A stretch of DNA of 64,000 bases from Candidatus Hikarchaeum yamanae (GCA_009889635.1 WTZQ01000003.1:5251-69250); one strand, 5' to 3'. Positions 37,851 through 48,483 are shown, counted from the first letter of the stretch. Numbers and translations are program-made. The notes: generated from the letters alone by a model not told the origin.

Positions 37851-37988
37851 TTATTTAGGATATGTTGAAATCGATACCAATAGTCGCATTTATGCCACCA
37901 TTATAAATTAATCTATCATGATTATTCATATTTATTGGGGCAAAGTCTTTTACATGTCAAGTTCCAATCAAATTCCAGTGCATAAATA

Positions 37989-39842
37989 ATGGATTCAGAG
38001 CTCATTTGGCGTATTTCGGGAGGGTCCGGGGATGGCATAGTTTCTACTAGTGATAATTTTGGCAAGGCAATCATGAGATCTGGCCTGAATGTTTTCACCC
38101 ACCGACATTACCCATCTCGCATTCGAGGGGGGCATACCTACGCCGAAATAAGAGCGGGTCCTACGGAATTAAAATCACGTGGCGATGGTTACAATTTCCT
38201 CTTGGCATTGGGGGATTCATTTGGCAGAAACCAGAAGATAGATTCTGCATATTATGGAAATGAACGAATAAAGCCCTTAACTGAGAATCTATACGATTTA
38301 CACAATGGTGGTGTAATTGTATACGACACGGGGATAATCGACATAGAAGATGTACCTGACTTCTCCGAACAAGTGGCTGAAAATAATTGGCATGTCTATC
38401 CAATTGATCTGCGTTCCATCGCAAAAGAAGAAGGCAGGGATATCATGCGAAATACTGCTGGTATAGGGGCCACAGCCGCGCTATTGGAAATGGAATTGGC
38501 CCCCATCGAAGCGCTGATGAAAGCCGCAATGAAGGGGCCTATATTTGAACAAAATCTAACCATTCTTAGAAATACGTACTCTATGGTGGCTGACACCTTT
38601 GAATTTACACATGACATCAGATTCCCCTCTGGCGAGCACAACGAAACCCAAGCTCTCGTATCGGGAAGTCACGCAATAGCTTATGCTGCCCTCGACGAAG
38701 GGTGCCGATTTATTGCAGGGTACCCTATGACACCTTGGACTGCTGCATTTACGATTATGTGTGGGATCCTTCCCGATGTTGGTGGTATATCCGAACAAGT
38801 TGAGGACGAAATAGCCGCAGCAGCACTTGCCATTGGAGCGTCCCACGCAGGGGTAAAAGCAATGTCAGGATCTGCAGGAGGTGGGTTTTCATTAATGTCT
38901 GAACCACTAGGCCTAGCAGAAATGGTTGAACAACCTATAGTCCTCCTAGAGGCCCAGCGCGCAGGCCCTGCAACCGGGATGCCAACTAAGACTGAACAGG
39001 CAGATCTAGAGCACGTTCTATATACTAGCCAAGGAGACTCCACCCGCATAGTGTTGGCCCCCGGGGACCCCAAAGAAGCATACGACCAAACCCGTATGGC
39101 GTTCCAGATTGCGTATGGGTATAATATCCCTGTGATTCTTTTATACGATCAAAAACTCGGGGCAGAATTGCGAAACATACCTCTTAGTTTCTTCGACCGT
39201 GATCCTGATCCTTCCATGCCTGGAACCATCCCCGAATCCGATCTAATCGATGCTCCCCACCATCCCTCTGGCAAGTATCATCGCTATAACTATGACGCAA
39301 AAGATGGGGTATCTCTTCGATCCATACCTGGACAGAAACACGGAAGATTCCATGCTTCTGGCAATGAACATACTCAAGAAGGACACATATCTGAAGACCC
39401 CATCAATCGAGTTCTACAAATGGACCGACGTAGGAGTAAAATAGCCGCAATAAGGACTTACCTAGATGACCAAAATGTGTCAAATAATACCCCGTATGGT
39501 CCTATTTCCTCCCCCTATGGGATCTTAACATGGGGCTCTAACAAAGGAACCGTTGAAGAAGCGGTTGACCGACTTAATTCGTCTGGAACCTCTATAGTAA
39601 AAGCACTTTCTGTAAGTGACCTCTGCCCATTCCCTATTCAAGAAGTCACTTCTTTCGTTGAAAGTGTTTCCAAGATCTTAGTCGTGGAAATGAATGCAAC
39701 GGGCCAATTCCAAGGACTTGTGAAACAACAACTTGGGGCATACGGGGATAAATTATATGCGTTGCTCAAATATGATGGGAATCCATTCGAACCCGCTGAG
39801 ATTGTAGCAGGATTCGAAGAAAAAATAATGGGAGAAAATTAA
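37989..39842 (+). CDS. 2-oxoacid:ferredoxin oxidoreductase, alpha subunit (fused gamma-alpha)
   Basis: 617 aa. GGSGDGIVS N-terminus (gamma-like domain) followed by an alpha-type domain; adjacent beta subunit. Confidence 0.85.
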   Translation: MDSELIWRISGGSGDGIVSTSDNFGKAIMRSGLNVFTHRHYPSRIRGGHTYAEIRAGPTELKSRGDGYNFLLALGDSFGRNQKIDSAYYGNERIKPLTENLYDLHNGGVIVYDTGIIDIEDVPDFSEQVAENNWHVYPIDLRSIAKEEGRDIMRNTAGIGATAALLEMELAPIEALMKAAMKGPIFEQNLTILRNTYSMVADTFEFTHDIRFPSGEHNETQALVSGSHAIAYAALDEGCRFIAGYPMTPWTAAFTIMCGILPDVGGISEQVEDEIAAAALAIGASHAGVKAMSGSAGGGFSLMSEPLGLAEMVEQPIVLLEAQRAGPATGMPTKTEQADLEHVLYTSQGDSTRIVLAPGDPKEAYDQTRMAFQIAYGYNIPVILLYDQKLGAELRNIPLSFFDRDPDPSMPGTIPESDLIDAPHHPSGKYHRYNYDAKDGVSLRSIPGQKHGRFHASGNEHTQEGHISEDPINRVLQMDRRRSKIAAIRTYLDDQNVSNNTPYGPISSPYGILTWGSNKGTVEEAVDRLNSSGTSIVKALSVSDLCPFPIQEVTSFVESVSKILVVEMNATGQFQGLVKQQLGAYGDKLYALLKYDGNPFEPAEIVAGFEEKIMGEN

Positions 39843-39844
39843 CT

Positions 39845-40783
39845 ATGAATACTACCTTTAGTGCCATTGGAGAACACAGAACCGTTGACGCAAATGAATT
39901 TACACCCGAAATCGAACCCCAACCAACGTGGTGTCCCGGATGTGGAGATTTCTCAGTACTAAACGCTTTGAAGAAAGCTGTCTCTGAAGTCGGCAGGTCC
40001 CCCGAGGAAGTTCTTCTTGTTACTGGGGTTGGTTGCTCTAGTAAAATCAGTAGTTATTTCGAGTGTTATGGGTTCCACTCTTTACATGGACGGTCTCTCC
40101 CAATTGCACGGGCGGCAAAGTTGGCGAATCCAGATTTACTTGTCATAGCCGCTGGAGGGGATGGAGATGGATATGGAATTGGTGGAAACCATTTCATGCA
40201 TACTGCTCGTGAAAATCACGATATTGTATATATAGTATTCAACAATGAAGTTTTTGGATTGACAAAAGGCCAAGCTTCTCCCACTTCATTAAAGGGACAC
40301 AAATCCAAAGAACAACCCCTAGGCAGTGCAAAAGACCCCATTCGACCTTTGTCCATGGGACTTGCAGCTGGTGCATCTTATATAGCAAGAACCGCTGCAG
40401 TAAATCCTTCCCAAGCAAAGGACATTCTTGTAGAGGCAATTCAACATGAAGGATTTGCACACATCGATTTCCTTACACAATGTCCCACTTGGAATAAAGA
40501 TGCAAAACAATATGTTCCATATGTCGATGTTCAGAAATCAGAAGAATATGACTTTGACCCTCGAAACCGCGTGCAAGCGGCACAGATGATGTATGAAACT
40601 GAAACTTCACTAGCCGAAGGAAAAATACTCACCGGACGTTATTTCATCGACGATCGGCCTTCTTATCAGCAAGAAAAAATAGCCCGGGGATCTATGCCAA
40701 AAGATCCTTTGGCATATCGATACACCGATGAAAAATACTCCTGGGAAAGGTCTTTTGACTATGTTCAAAAGAGACACACGTAG
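39845..40783 (+). CDS. 2-oxoacid:ferredoxin oxidoreductase, beta subunit (TPP-binding)
   Basis: WCPGCGDF and GGDGDGYGIGGNH motifs. Confidence 0.9.
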   Translation: MNTTFSAIGEHRTVDANEFTPEIEPQPTWCPGCGDFSVLNALKKAVSEVGRSPEEVLLVTGVGCSSKISSYFECYGFHSLHGRSLPIARAAKLANPDLLVIAAGGDGDGYGIGGNHFMHTARENHDIVYIVFNNEVFGLTKGQASPTSLKGHKSKEQPLGSAKDPIRPLSMGLAAGASYIARTAAVNPSQAKDILVEAIQHEGFAHIDFLTQCPTWNKDAKQYVPYVDVQKSEEYDFDPRNRVQAAQMMYETETSLAEGKILTGRYFIDDRPSYQQEKIARGSMPKDPLAYRYTDEKYSWERSFDYVQKRHT

Positions 40784-40795
40784 TGACTTTAAATT

Positions 40796-41935
40796 CTATT
40801 GATTATCTTCAATAAATTTTCCTATTCTTTCTATTGCTACCTTCAAATCTTCCATTCCTGTGGCATATGAGAGTCTAAGACAATTTTCTACGGACCCTCC
40901 AAAATCTGCCCCCGGTGTAGTGGCCACCCCCACTTCATCTAACAACCTATTGGAAATATCAAATGCATCTCCCAACTCACTAACATCTATCAAAAGATAA
41001 TAAGCCCCCTCTGGGACATATCCCATTCCTACTCCTAATTTCTCCACCCCTTCAATGAGGACGTCTCTCCTCTTTCTATACACATCTCTCATTTTTGGAA
41101 CTAAATCGTCTGACATTTGTAAGGCGGCTATCCCTGCGTCTTGTACAAAGTTAGTCGCACAGATGACTAAATTTTGCGTCAATCTGTTTATCACATCTAT
41201 ACATTCGGGTGGACATACAATCCATCCCAAGCGCCACCCAGTCATTGCAAATCTCTTTGAAAAACCATCCACCACAAACGCATCGTCCGTGTGTTCTAAT
41301 ATGCTGTGTGTTTCTGTATCGTAGTATATGCCGTGGTACACTTCGTCCGAAACGATAGTTGTTTTATTTCTCTGTGCAATTCTTGCCAACTCTCCTATTT
41401 CCGAATTTTTTAACACGGAACCCGTTGGATTTGAAGGGGAATTTAATAACATCACCTTGGTACTTTCGCTCATAGATTCTTCAAAAAGTTTTATATTCGG
41501 CGCAAAACCTGCAGATATATCTAATGGAACTGTGTTGATAGTACCGCCAGTTTGTCTAATAAAATTGGGGTAACAAGCATAATAAGGATCTGTAAGAATC
41601 GCCTCATCCCCCTCCTCGAGCAGAGCTAGACAGACCATAGTAAGTGCAGCCGAAGTCCCGGGGGTGATTACTATTCTATCTATTCCAATATCTAAGTCGT
41701 ACGTCCTTTGATAGTAATCTGAAACCGCTTCTCTTAGTTTTATTTTCCCCCTAGAAGTTGTATACCCTGAATTGCCATTCAACATCGACTCGATTGCCGA
41801 ATCTATCACTTCTGCCGGAGGTTCAAAATCTGGCTCTCCAACTTCAAGGTGAACCACGTCTTCCATTTTTTGTGCCCGTTCTAATACAGACATGGCTCTG
41901 AAAGGGGTAGTTTCCTTCGCACGTTTCGTTAGCAT
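40796..41935 (-). CDS. class I/II aminotransferase (aspartate aminotransferase-like)
   Basis: SFSKRFAMTGWRLGW PLP-lysine motif, NPSNPTG. Start moved to MLTKRAKE (ATG at 41935). Confidence 0.85.
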   Translation of the reverse strand: MLTKRAKETTPFRAMSVLERAQKMEDVVHLEVGEPDFEPPAEVIDSAIESMLNGNSGYTTSRGKIKLREAVSDYYQRTYDLDIGIDRIVITPGTSAALTMVCLALLEEGDEAILTDPYYACYPNFIRQTGGTINTVPLDISAGFAPNIKLFEESMSESTKVMLLNSPSNPTGSVLKNSEIGELARIAQRNKTTIVSDEVYHGIYYDTETHSILEHTDDAFVVDGFSKRFAMTGWRLGWIVCPPECIDVINRLTQNLVICATNFVQDAGIAALQMSDDLVPKMRDVYRKRRDVLIEGVEKLGVGMGYVPEGAYYLLIDVSELGDAFDISNRLLDEVGVATTPGADFGGSVENCLRLSYATGMEDLKVAIERIGKFIEDNQ

Positions 41936-42032
41936 TCTTACCCCGAAAAAGGCAGAAGAGAACATCAACTTGGCTATTTCAATTCCCAATTTAAAACATA
42001 TATTTTATATTCGTTTAAAAGGAATCAAAAAC

Positions 42033-42512
42033 ATGCCTATTTTCACTAAATCTTCTCGTATAATCTCTCCATTTGAGGATGTGTGGAACTTTCATTCAAA
42101 TATAGCAGGACTTGAACAATTAACCCCTCCTTGGATGAATCTTAAAATCGAGTCTATAGTAGATTCCAAAGGAAACCAAATTCAAGGCAATCTCCCTAAA
42201 GGTGCCAAAATAGTAGCCACAATTCAGCCTTTCAAAATAGGCTCTCCCATTGTTTGGAACGTCACAATACTCGAAATCGATGAAAAATCAAATAGTGCAT
42301 TCTTCCGGGACGATGTGTCCGGGAAACCATTCCAAAGGTGGATCCATACTCATAGTTTTTCATCCCAAGGAGATCACACAATTTTAACAGACAAGGTCGA
42401 GTATAATCTAGGTGGATTTCTTAGCCCATTTTCCCTTTTCTGCTACCCATTGTTCTGGGTAATGTTCACTATGCGTCATTATCAACTCAACAAATTACTC
42501 CAAGAAAGCTAA
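42033..42512 (+). CDS. SRPBCC (START/cyclase-dehydrase-like) ligand-binding protein
   Basis: MPIFTKSSRI...LTPPW...FQRWIHTHSF pattern. The ATG at 42033 is preferred over the track start at 41892, which overlaps the aminotransferase gene. Confidence 0.5.
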   Translation: MPIFTKSSRIISPFEDVWNFHSNIAGLEQLTPPWMNLKIESIVDSKGNQIQGNLPKGAKIVATIQPFKIGSPIVWNVTILEIDEKSNSAFFRDDVSGKPFQRWIHTHSFSSQGDHTILTDKVEYNLGGFLSPFSLFCYPLFWVMFTMRHYQLNKLLQES

Positions 42513-42572
42513 TCCCCACCACCATTCGACTTTAGTCCTACAAACGTATGAAATATTTTTGAGATGGTTTAA

Positions 42573-42580
42573 TTTATCAC
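42573..42580 (+). promoter_or_regulatory. TATA-like box (TTTATCAC) for tfx; leaderless geometry
   Basis: 26 nt upstream of the ATG at 42599. Confidence 0.45.
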
Positions 42581-42598
42581 CGGGTCCTATCCATCCGT

Positions 42599-43039
42599 AT
42601 GACTCGAACTATACCCAATGCCGGAGATACCTTCCTTACGCAAAGACAAATCGAAGTGCTGTCTCTTAGGGAACGCGGAGTGACTCAAAAAAGCATCGCG
42701 TCTCAACTTGGAACAAGTGTGGCAAATATCAGCACAATAGAAACTTCTGCACGTGTTAACATATCTAAAGCAGAACAAACAATCACTTTATCTAAACTGC
42801 TTAAGTGCAACATCATCTTCAATGCACAGGAAGGAACTGAATTATGGGATCTAGTATCTCGAATTTACACCATGGCTGACAACGGTGATACAAAATTGGC
42901 CTACACTGAACCTGAACTCGTGGCATTTCTAAACCGGGGGCTTAAACATGTTTTCAACGATAGAAAATTAACCGCCAGTGCCGAAATTGGATTGACTCCT
43001 GATGGAAACTTGATTATAAATCCTACAATCCAAGATTAA
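42599..43039 (+). CDS. tfx: Tfx-family DNA-binding transcription regulator
   Basis: LTQRQIEVLSLRERGVTQKSIASQLGTSVANISTIE HTH; 146 aa; TTTATCAC box 26 nt upstream of the ATG. Confidence 0.8.
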   Translation: MTRTIPNAGDTFLTQRQIEVLSLRERGVTQKSIASQLGTSVANISTIETSARVNISKAEQTITLSKLLKCNIIFNAQEGTELWDLVSRIYTMADNGDTKLAYTEPELVAFLNRGLKHVFNDRKLTASAEIGLTPDGNLIINPTIQD

Positions 43040-43110
43040 ATAGATTTAGTTGATCAATTTGGTAATATTAAACCCTTAAGCTTAAATTCTCTTGGCGAGA
43101 ATATACCCAT

Positions 43111-44100
43111 GTGTTAAAAGATTCGTTTGGAAGGGAGGTCAACAGCGTCCGGATGTCGCTAACTGATCGATGCAATTTCGATTGCGTTTATTGCCACAAC
43201 GAAGGGTTGGGGGATACCCGGGGGCCATTAGACCCTCAAATGGATGAAATCTCAACTGACGATGTCGTTCGATTCCTCGAAGTTTGCGAGGAGTTTGAGA
43301 TAAATTCTGTTAAATTCACAGGAGGGGAGCCCATGCTACGTCAAGATCTAGAAGAAATCATACGTAGGACTCCCGACTCTTTTGAGATTTCTCTTACAAC
43401 TAATGGGACTTTCTTACCCGGGAGGGCCCAAGCACTGGCCGATGCTGGGCTCGATCGTGTAAATATTTCTTTGGATGCACTTGATAGGGAATCATTTGCA
43501 AAATTAACAAAAAGTGGGGCCTTCGACCGGGTGTTATTGGGGATAGATTCTGCCCTCGAAGCCAATCTCGCCCCTGTAAAACTCAACATGGTCGTCTTTC
43601 GACAAACGGCAGGATTCATCCCGTCTATGGTTGACTTCATCTCTCAAAGAGAGGGGCTCCACCTGCAACTCATTGAATATATGCCCGAATTAACTGGAAA
43701 TTCCGATTGGGCAGTCAACATATCCGATGTCCACGCTTGGTTCGAATCCCGGGCCGATAAAGTGGAACAACGGCATATGCATTCTAGAAAACGATATTGG
43801 TTTGGCAAAGGAATGGTCGAAATAGTCGACCCTGTTGGAAATTCGGATTTCTGTTCCAATTGTCACCGTATACGTGTCACACATGATGGGTATCTGAAAG
43901 GGTGCTTGAATCGAAACGACGATCTAAAATCAATGGGGGAGATGACCAAACGAGAAATCAGAAATGCCCTAATAGAAACCATATCTGAAAGAGTACCATT
44001 TTATGGTGCATACTTAACTAAGAACGAAAATGAACATTGGGTTTTCAATGAAAAGTACCAAAATTCTATCGGAGATCGAAAGCCATACCTATATACCTAA
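43111..44100 (+). CDS. moaA: GTP 3',8-cyclase (molybdenum cofactor biosynthesis protein A), radical SAM
   Basis: [12 protein letters not shown] radical-SAM box and C-terminal [10 protein letters not shown] cluster motif; GTG start. Confidence 0.9.
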   Translation: MLKDSFGREVNSVRMSLTDRCNFDCVYCHNEGLGDTRGPLDPQMDEISTDDVVRFLEVCEEFEINSVKFTGGEPMLRQDLEEIIRRTPDSFEISLTTNGTFLPGRAQALADAGLDRVNISLDALDRESFAKLTKSGAFDRVLLGIDSALEANLAPVKLNMVVFRQTAGFIPSMVDFISQREGLHLQLIEYMPELTGNSDWAVNISDVHAWFESRADKVEQRHMHSRKRYWFGKGMVEIVDPVGNSDFCSNCHRIRVTHDGYLKGCLNRNDDLKSMGEMTKREIRNALIETISERVPFYGAYLTKNENEHWVFNEKYQNSIGDRKPYLYT

Positions 44101-45305
44101 ACCGTCAGATTTATCGCGAAAAAACTTATCAATCCTACTGCAACTACTGTGATGAATCCAATCAAAAACGATTGGGGGCCAAGATCTCTAATTTTTTGAA
44201 GTTTGGTGCTTAGGCCCACTCCTGCCAAGGCCACTATGAACAATCCATTAGATATCATTTCAACTGAACTTATCATCTGAACCCACTCGACTTGATCTAT
44301 CACCCAGTATGCAGTTCCCCCCTTTCCAATCTCCCAATCTCCTATTGTCCGGACCATGGAAAGAATTAAAAATCCTATGATAAATTTTGGGAAGTATTGG
44401 AAATAATTTTGCCCAATCTTGCACAATCTTAAATGGCCTTTCAAACCAATTTCACTAGTCCTCTCTAGGCCCCCTGAATAGACAATCGCAACTATGGGTA
44501 TTATTATCACCATGAACACATTTCGTATTACTTTTGTGAGACTTGCAATGTCTATAGTCATAGGGGAGTTCCACACTTGTGAATATATCAACGCCGCCCC
44601 CACTACTTGTGATGTATCTTGAATGGAGGTCCCTAACCATAACCCCACTTTTGTTGGATCTCCTCCAAATAGGAGGTGGCCCAAAATTGGATATATGAGA
44701 ACTGCGACCAATCCAAATAATGTAACCACTGCTATGGCGTAAGCTGTTTCTTCTTCCGTGGCTTCAATCGCGGTACTCGTTGCTAAAATAGCAGATATGC
44801 CACATATTGAGGTCCCAACTGCTATTAACGAACCCAAGCGTCTCGGTTGATTCAATTTATTACTTAAAAAATATGTGACCAACAACGCAGTCCCTATACA
44901 ACCAATAATTATTGGCAATCCCATCAATCCTAGCTTAAAAACATCCCCTATCGCAAGTTTAATCCCAATTAGAACAATCCCTAATCGTAGCAATGCCCCT
45001 TGGCTGAATTTAATCCCTGGGCGAACTGAATTTGGGACTGTAAATACATTTCCAAGGATAATGCCAAGTAACAACGCTAGTATGACTGCAGGGATGTTTA
45101 TGTCAAACCCGTCTATTATTTTAAATTCTAATATTTGCCCTAAAAATAGCGATAAGCCTAGCAAAATAGTAGTCAAAACTAACCCTGGAACTATTGTACC
45201 CACTTCCGAAACGGGGACTCCTAGCAATCCCTCCCCCCATTTTCTAAACTTTTCCCGAAAAAATTTTATCACTACTACTCTGACCCATTCCCCTCGCTTA
45301 GCCAT
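44097..45305 (-). CDS. YeiH/UPF0324-type membrane transporter (putative sulfate exporter family)
   Basis: Polytopic, [11 protein letters not shown] motif. Start set at MAKRGEW (ATG at 45305), because the track start at 45443 overlaps the tRNA. Confidence 0.55.
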   Translation of the reverse strand: MAKRGEWVRVVVIKFFREKFRKWGEGLLGVPVSEVGTIVPGLVLTTILLGLSLFLGQILEFKIIDGFDINIPAVILALLLGIILGNVFTVPNSVRPGIKFSQGALLRLGIVLIGIKLAIGDVFKLGLMGLPIIIGCIGTALLVTYFLSNKLNQPRRLGSLIAVGTSICGISAILATSTAIEATEEETAYAIAVVTLFGLVAVLIYPILGHLLFGGDPTKVGLWLGTSIQDTSQVVGAALIYSQVWNSPMTIDIASLTKVIRNVFMVIIIPIVAIVYSGGLERTSEIGLKGHLRLCKIGQNYFQYFPKFIIGFLILSMVRTIGDWEIGKGGTAYWVIDQVEWVQMISSVEMISNGLFIVALAGVGLSTKLQKIRDLGPQSFLIGFITVVAVGLISFFAINLTV

Positions 45306-45429
45306 TTCTGTCTGAATATCATACAATTTTAATCCGTTGTCCTTAAATAGCACACACGAATACCATATCCCACGTAATAGATGTAGGGGTCCCTCCCCGA
45401 GTCCCACAGTGGGCGACGAGAACCAACAT

Positions 45430-45516
45430 GTCGTGGTAGCCAAGTCTGGTCCAAGGCGCAGGGTTGCTAACCCTGTGGCGATTTCCGCCTCCGGGGTTCA
45501 AATCCCCGCCGCGACG
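45430..45516 (+). tRNA. tRNA-Ser (anticodon GCU), class II with long variable arm
   Basis: Acceptor GTCGTGG/CCGCGAC (one G-U); anticodon arm CAGGG-TTGCTAA-CCCTG; variable arm GGCG-ATTTC-CGCC; T arm CGGGG-TTCAAAT-CCCCG; discriminator G; no encoded CCA. Confidence 0.9.
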
Positions 45517-45546
45517 TCAATTGCATCTATACAAAACTATGAAAAA

Positions 45547-46026
45547 ATGAGCACCAAAGAAGAACCTACTGAAACAAACGAAATACGATACTTCGTCAGG
45601 ATAAAAAACTTTGACCTTGATGGGACGAAGAGCATAGAGCGTGCTCTTCTTAGCTTACCTGGAATTGGTAGAAGGATCGCTGGCCTAATAATTAACCAAG
45701 CCGATCTCAACCCAAAAGCAACACTTGGTCTACTCGACGACAATTCAATCGAAAAACTCACCGCTAAGATAGACGAATTCCCCTCTGGAATCCCCACATG
45801 GGCCACAAATCGGCAAAATGATTTCTTTACAGGCGAAGATCGTCATCTTATTGGAACTGACGTTAACCTAGTCCATCAACAAGATCTTAACAGGATGAAA
45901 AAAATAGGCACTTACCGCGGCCTTAGACACCGAGAATCACTCAAAGTACGTGGACAAAGAACCAAATCAACTGGAAGAAAAGGAGCAAAAGTCGGAGTAA
46001 GCGTTAAAAATAGAGGGGGGAGTTAA
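45547..46026 (+). CDS. rps13: 30S ribosomal protein uS13
   Basis: [30 protein letters not shown]. The ATG at 45547 lies downstream of the tRNA. Confidence 0.92.
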   Translation: MSTKEEPTETNEIRYFVRIKNFDLDGTKSIERALLSLPGIGRRIAGLIINQADLNPKATLGLLDDNSIEKLTAKIDEFPSGIPTWATNRQNDFFTGEDRHLIGTDVNLVHQQDLNRMKKIGTYRGLRHRESLKVRGQRTKSTGRKGAKVGVSVKNRGGS

Positions 46027-46028
46027 TC

Positions 46029-46568
46029 TTGGCCCTCGGGAATAATACCAAATTCTACGAAACCCCTAACCACCCATTCCAAAGTGGACGTATAGCCGAA
46101 GAACGCGAATTACTAACACTCTATGGGTTGAAAAACAAAGTCGAACTTTGGCGCGCCCAATCAGAACTTCGATCTTATCGACGCGAAGCCCGAAAACATC
46201 TTGCAAGACTCGGTGAAGCCAATCAAGAAGAGACTCTGTTTCTTGCTAAATTAAAACGATATGGAATTGTGGGTCCAGACTCTCAGCTAGACGACATTCT
46301 TACTCTTGATGTTAACACAATCCTTGAACGCCGTTTACAAACTCTCGTATATCGTTCCGGGCTAGCAAACACAATTAAACAAGCTAGACAATTCGTCGTC
46401 CATGGTCATATTTCTCTAAATGGACATTGTGTGGACATTCCTTCTTATAAAGTCAAAGTAGAAGAGGAATCGAGTCTTCAGTATGATCAATACAGTTCAA
46501 TTTCAGATGAATCCCACCCCATCCGAAAACCACCCGAACCAATAGTAAAAGAGGTGTCTGAAGAATGA
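46029..46568 (+). CDS. rps4: 30S ribosomal protein uS4
   Basis: [10 protein letters not shown]...[11 protein letters not shown]...[11 protein letters not shown]; TTG start. Confidence 0.92.
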   Translation: MALGNNTKFYETPNHPFQSGRIAEERELLTLYGLKNKVELWRAQSELRSYRREARKHLARLGEANQEETLFLAKLKRYGIVGPDSQLDDILTLDVNTILERRLQTLVYRSGLANTIKQARQFVVHGHISLNGHCVDIPSYKVKVEEESSLQYDQYSSISDESHPIRKPPEPIVKEVSEE

Positions 46569-46948
46569 GCGAAGCAGATAAAACATGGGGGATAGCCCAT
46601 ATATATTCTTCATTCAATAACACTATCATCACACTAACCGATGAAACTGGGGCCGAAACTCTAGCTAAGTGTTCTGGAGGTGCCGTGGTGAAACAAAGTA
46701 GAGATGAAGCTTCTCAATATGCCTCCATGCAAATCGCAGAAAGAATCGCTGAAGCTGCCGTAGCAGCAGGGATTTCTTCCATTCATATACGCGTCCGAGG
46801 TCCTGGGGGGACTTCTAGGATGGGATCTGGACCTGGGGCCCAGGCTTCAATACGAACTCTCGCTAGATCTGGACTTGAAATTGGAAGGATAGAAGACGTA
46901 ACTCCGCGCCCACACGATGGGTGCCGCGCTCCACGGGTGGCGAGATAA
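46565..46948 (+). CDS. rps11: 30S ribosomal protein uS11
   Basis: [19 protein letters not shown] motif. Confidence 0.93.
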   Translation: MSEADKTWGIAHIYSSFNNTIITLTDETGAETLAKCSGGAVVKQSRDEASQYASMQIAERIAEAAVAAGISSIHIRVRGPGGTSRMGSGPGAQASIRTLARSGLEIGRIEDVTPRPHDGCRAPRVAR

Positions 46949-46949
46949 T

Positions 46950-47699
46950 ATGGCCCAAACCAAAGTAAAAATCGATATGATAGATCACTCTGATAGGTTT
47001 GTCACATTTGTTGTCCAAGGTTTGACTCCTGCATTTGCAAATGGCATTCGAAGAGCGATGCTAACTGATGTTCCTACTCTTTCCATTGATACAATCCGTG
47101 TGACTGAAAATACCAGTGTTTTGTTCGATGAGATCATAGGCCATAGATTGTGCCTTGTTCCTCTTACAACACCTACAGACGAATTTGAATACACGGACGT
47201 AGTCACTTTGACCCTTGATGTGCAGGGACCCGCGACTGTTTATTCTGGCGATCTAGTTTCGCCTGAAAAGTTGGTTGAACCGGCCGATAAACGAATACCT
47301 ATTGTAGACCTCAAGGAAAACCAGCGCCTTGCCTTTGAAGCAGATGCTGTTCTTGGAACTGGACGTACTCACGCAAAATTCCAAGGCGGTGTGGCAATTG
47401 GATATACCTATCTCCAATCAATCAATGTGCTTGGCACACTGAAAAAAGGAGATGAACAAACCCCTTTAATCGTTCGTGGGGCCATCGAGGATTCTGGAAA
47501 AATAATCCCAACTAGTGAATTTGGACATAACCTCTCGAACAAATATCCTAAGAAAAAAGTAGAAGTGACGGATGTGCCCAATACTTTCGTTTTCCACGTG
47601 GAGACGGACGGTTCTATGTCCAGCGACGAACTAATTACCAGCTCAGTCCAGTCATTATGCAATCGTGCCGATGCATTGGGGGAGGGAATAAGCATATGA
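46950..47699 (+). CDS. rpoD: DNA-directed RNA polymerase subunit D (Rpo3)
   Basis: FANGIRRAMLTDVPTLSID motif and operon position. The ATG at 46950 (MAQTKVK) is preferred to the track start. Confidence 0.9.
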   Translation: MAQTKVKIDMIDHSDRFVTFVVQGLTPAFANGIRRAMLTDVPTLSIDTIRVTENTSVLFDEIIGHRLCLVPLTTPTDEFEYTDVVTLTLDVQGPATVYSGDLVSPEKLVEPADKRIPIVDLKENQRLAFEADAVLGTGRTHAKFQGGVAIGYTYLQSINVLGTLKKGDEQTPLIVRGAIEDSGKIIPTSEFGHNLSNKYPKKKVEVTDVPNTFVFHVETDGSMSSDELITSSVQSLCNRADALGEGISI

Positions 47700-48049
47700 G
47701 TAAAATGGACCCAAGACTTAACAGTCTTATAAGTGAATTAAAAGCTGTCTCTCGCGAAACAGGCACTGAATTGTGGAGTGAAATTGCCCATCAATTAGAA
47801 GGCCCCCGAAGAAATTACGCAGAAGTAAATCTCGGACACATAGAAAGATATGCCAAGGAGAATGAGACTATTGTTGTTCCTGGGAAAGTCCTTGGGAGTG
47901 GCATTCTTAACAAAGGTGTTACTATTGCTGCAGTTGATTTTTCCAAGAGTGCAGAAATGAAAATAAAACAAGCCAATGGTGAACCAATGCGCCTAGAACA
48001 AATTCTCGGGCGGAATAAAGATGGTTCCAATGTGAGGATTTTCCGATGA
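47696..48049 (+). CDS. rpl18e: 50S ribosomal protein eL18 (L18e)
   Basis: NYAEVNLGHIERY...VVPGKVLGSG. ATGA overlap with the rpoD stop. Confidence 0.9.
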   Translation: MSKMDPRLNSLISELKAVSRETGTELWSEIAHQLEGPRRNYAEVNLGHIERYAKENETIVVPGKVLGSGILNKGVTIAAVDFSKSAEMKIKQANGEPMRLEQILGRNKDGSNVRIFR

Positions 48050-48483
48050 ATCATCGAAAATTCCAACCCGATCGCATAATCGACGCGAGTGGGTGTGTCC
48101 TCGGTAGAGTTTCTAGCCAAATAGCCCAACTCTCGCTCGAAGGGAATAAAGTGGCCATTATCAATGCAGAACGTGCAGTGATCACTGGATCTGAACAAGA
48201 TATTCTAAGCCGATTCCAAAAACGAATGGAAATTGGTTCCGACCAAGGACCTTACTATCCCAAACGCCCCGACAGAATAATCAAAAGGGCGATTCGGGGC
48301 ATGTTGCCATACAAACGAAAGAAAGGGAGAGATGCACTCGAACGTATTCGTGTCTATGTGGGAAATCCATTTGAAACTGAGGGTGAGGTTCTCGCCAATA
48401 CTTCTCTTGAGGATCCCTCTCAAATACGATACGTCGAACTTGGACTCATATCCGAAAAATTAGGAGCGAAAATAACATGGTAA
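48046..48483 (+). CDS. rpl13: 50S ribosomal protein uL13
   Basis: [18 protein letters not shown]-terminus and operon position. Confidence 0.92.
   Translation: MNHRKFQPDRIIDASGCVLGRVSSQIAQLSLEGNKVAIINAERAVITGSEQDILSRFQKRMEIGSDQGPYYPKRPDRIIKRAIRGMLPYKRKKGRDALERIRVYVGNPFETEGEVLANTSLEDPSQIRYVELGLISEKLGAKITW

Noticed and set aside
43735-43760. GGTTCGAATCC T-loop-like string inside moaA
   Set aside because: There is no flanking acceptor, D or anticodon arm pairing, and it lies in frame within a well-supported radical-SAM CDS.
45337-45546. N-terminal 70 codons of the track ORF for S13
   Set aside because: This stretch runs across tRNA-Ser. The canonical uS13 sequence starts at the ATG at 45547. 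Similar 5' over-extensions were trimmed for ORFs starting at 11966, 41892, 46917, 47657, 49027, 49223, 53169 and 45443 (minus strand).
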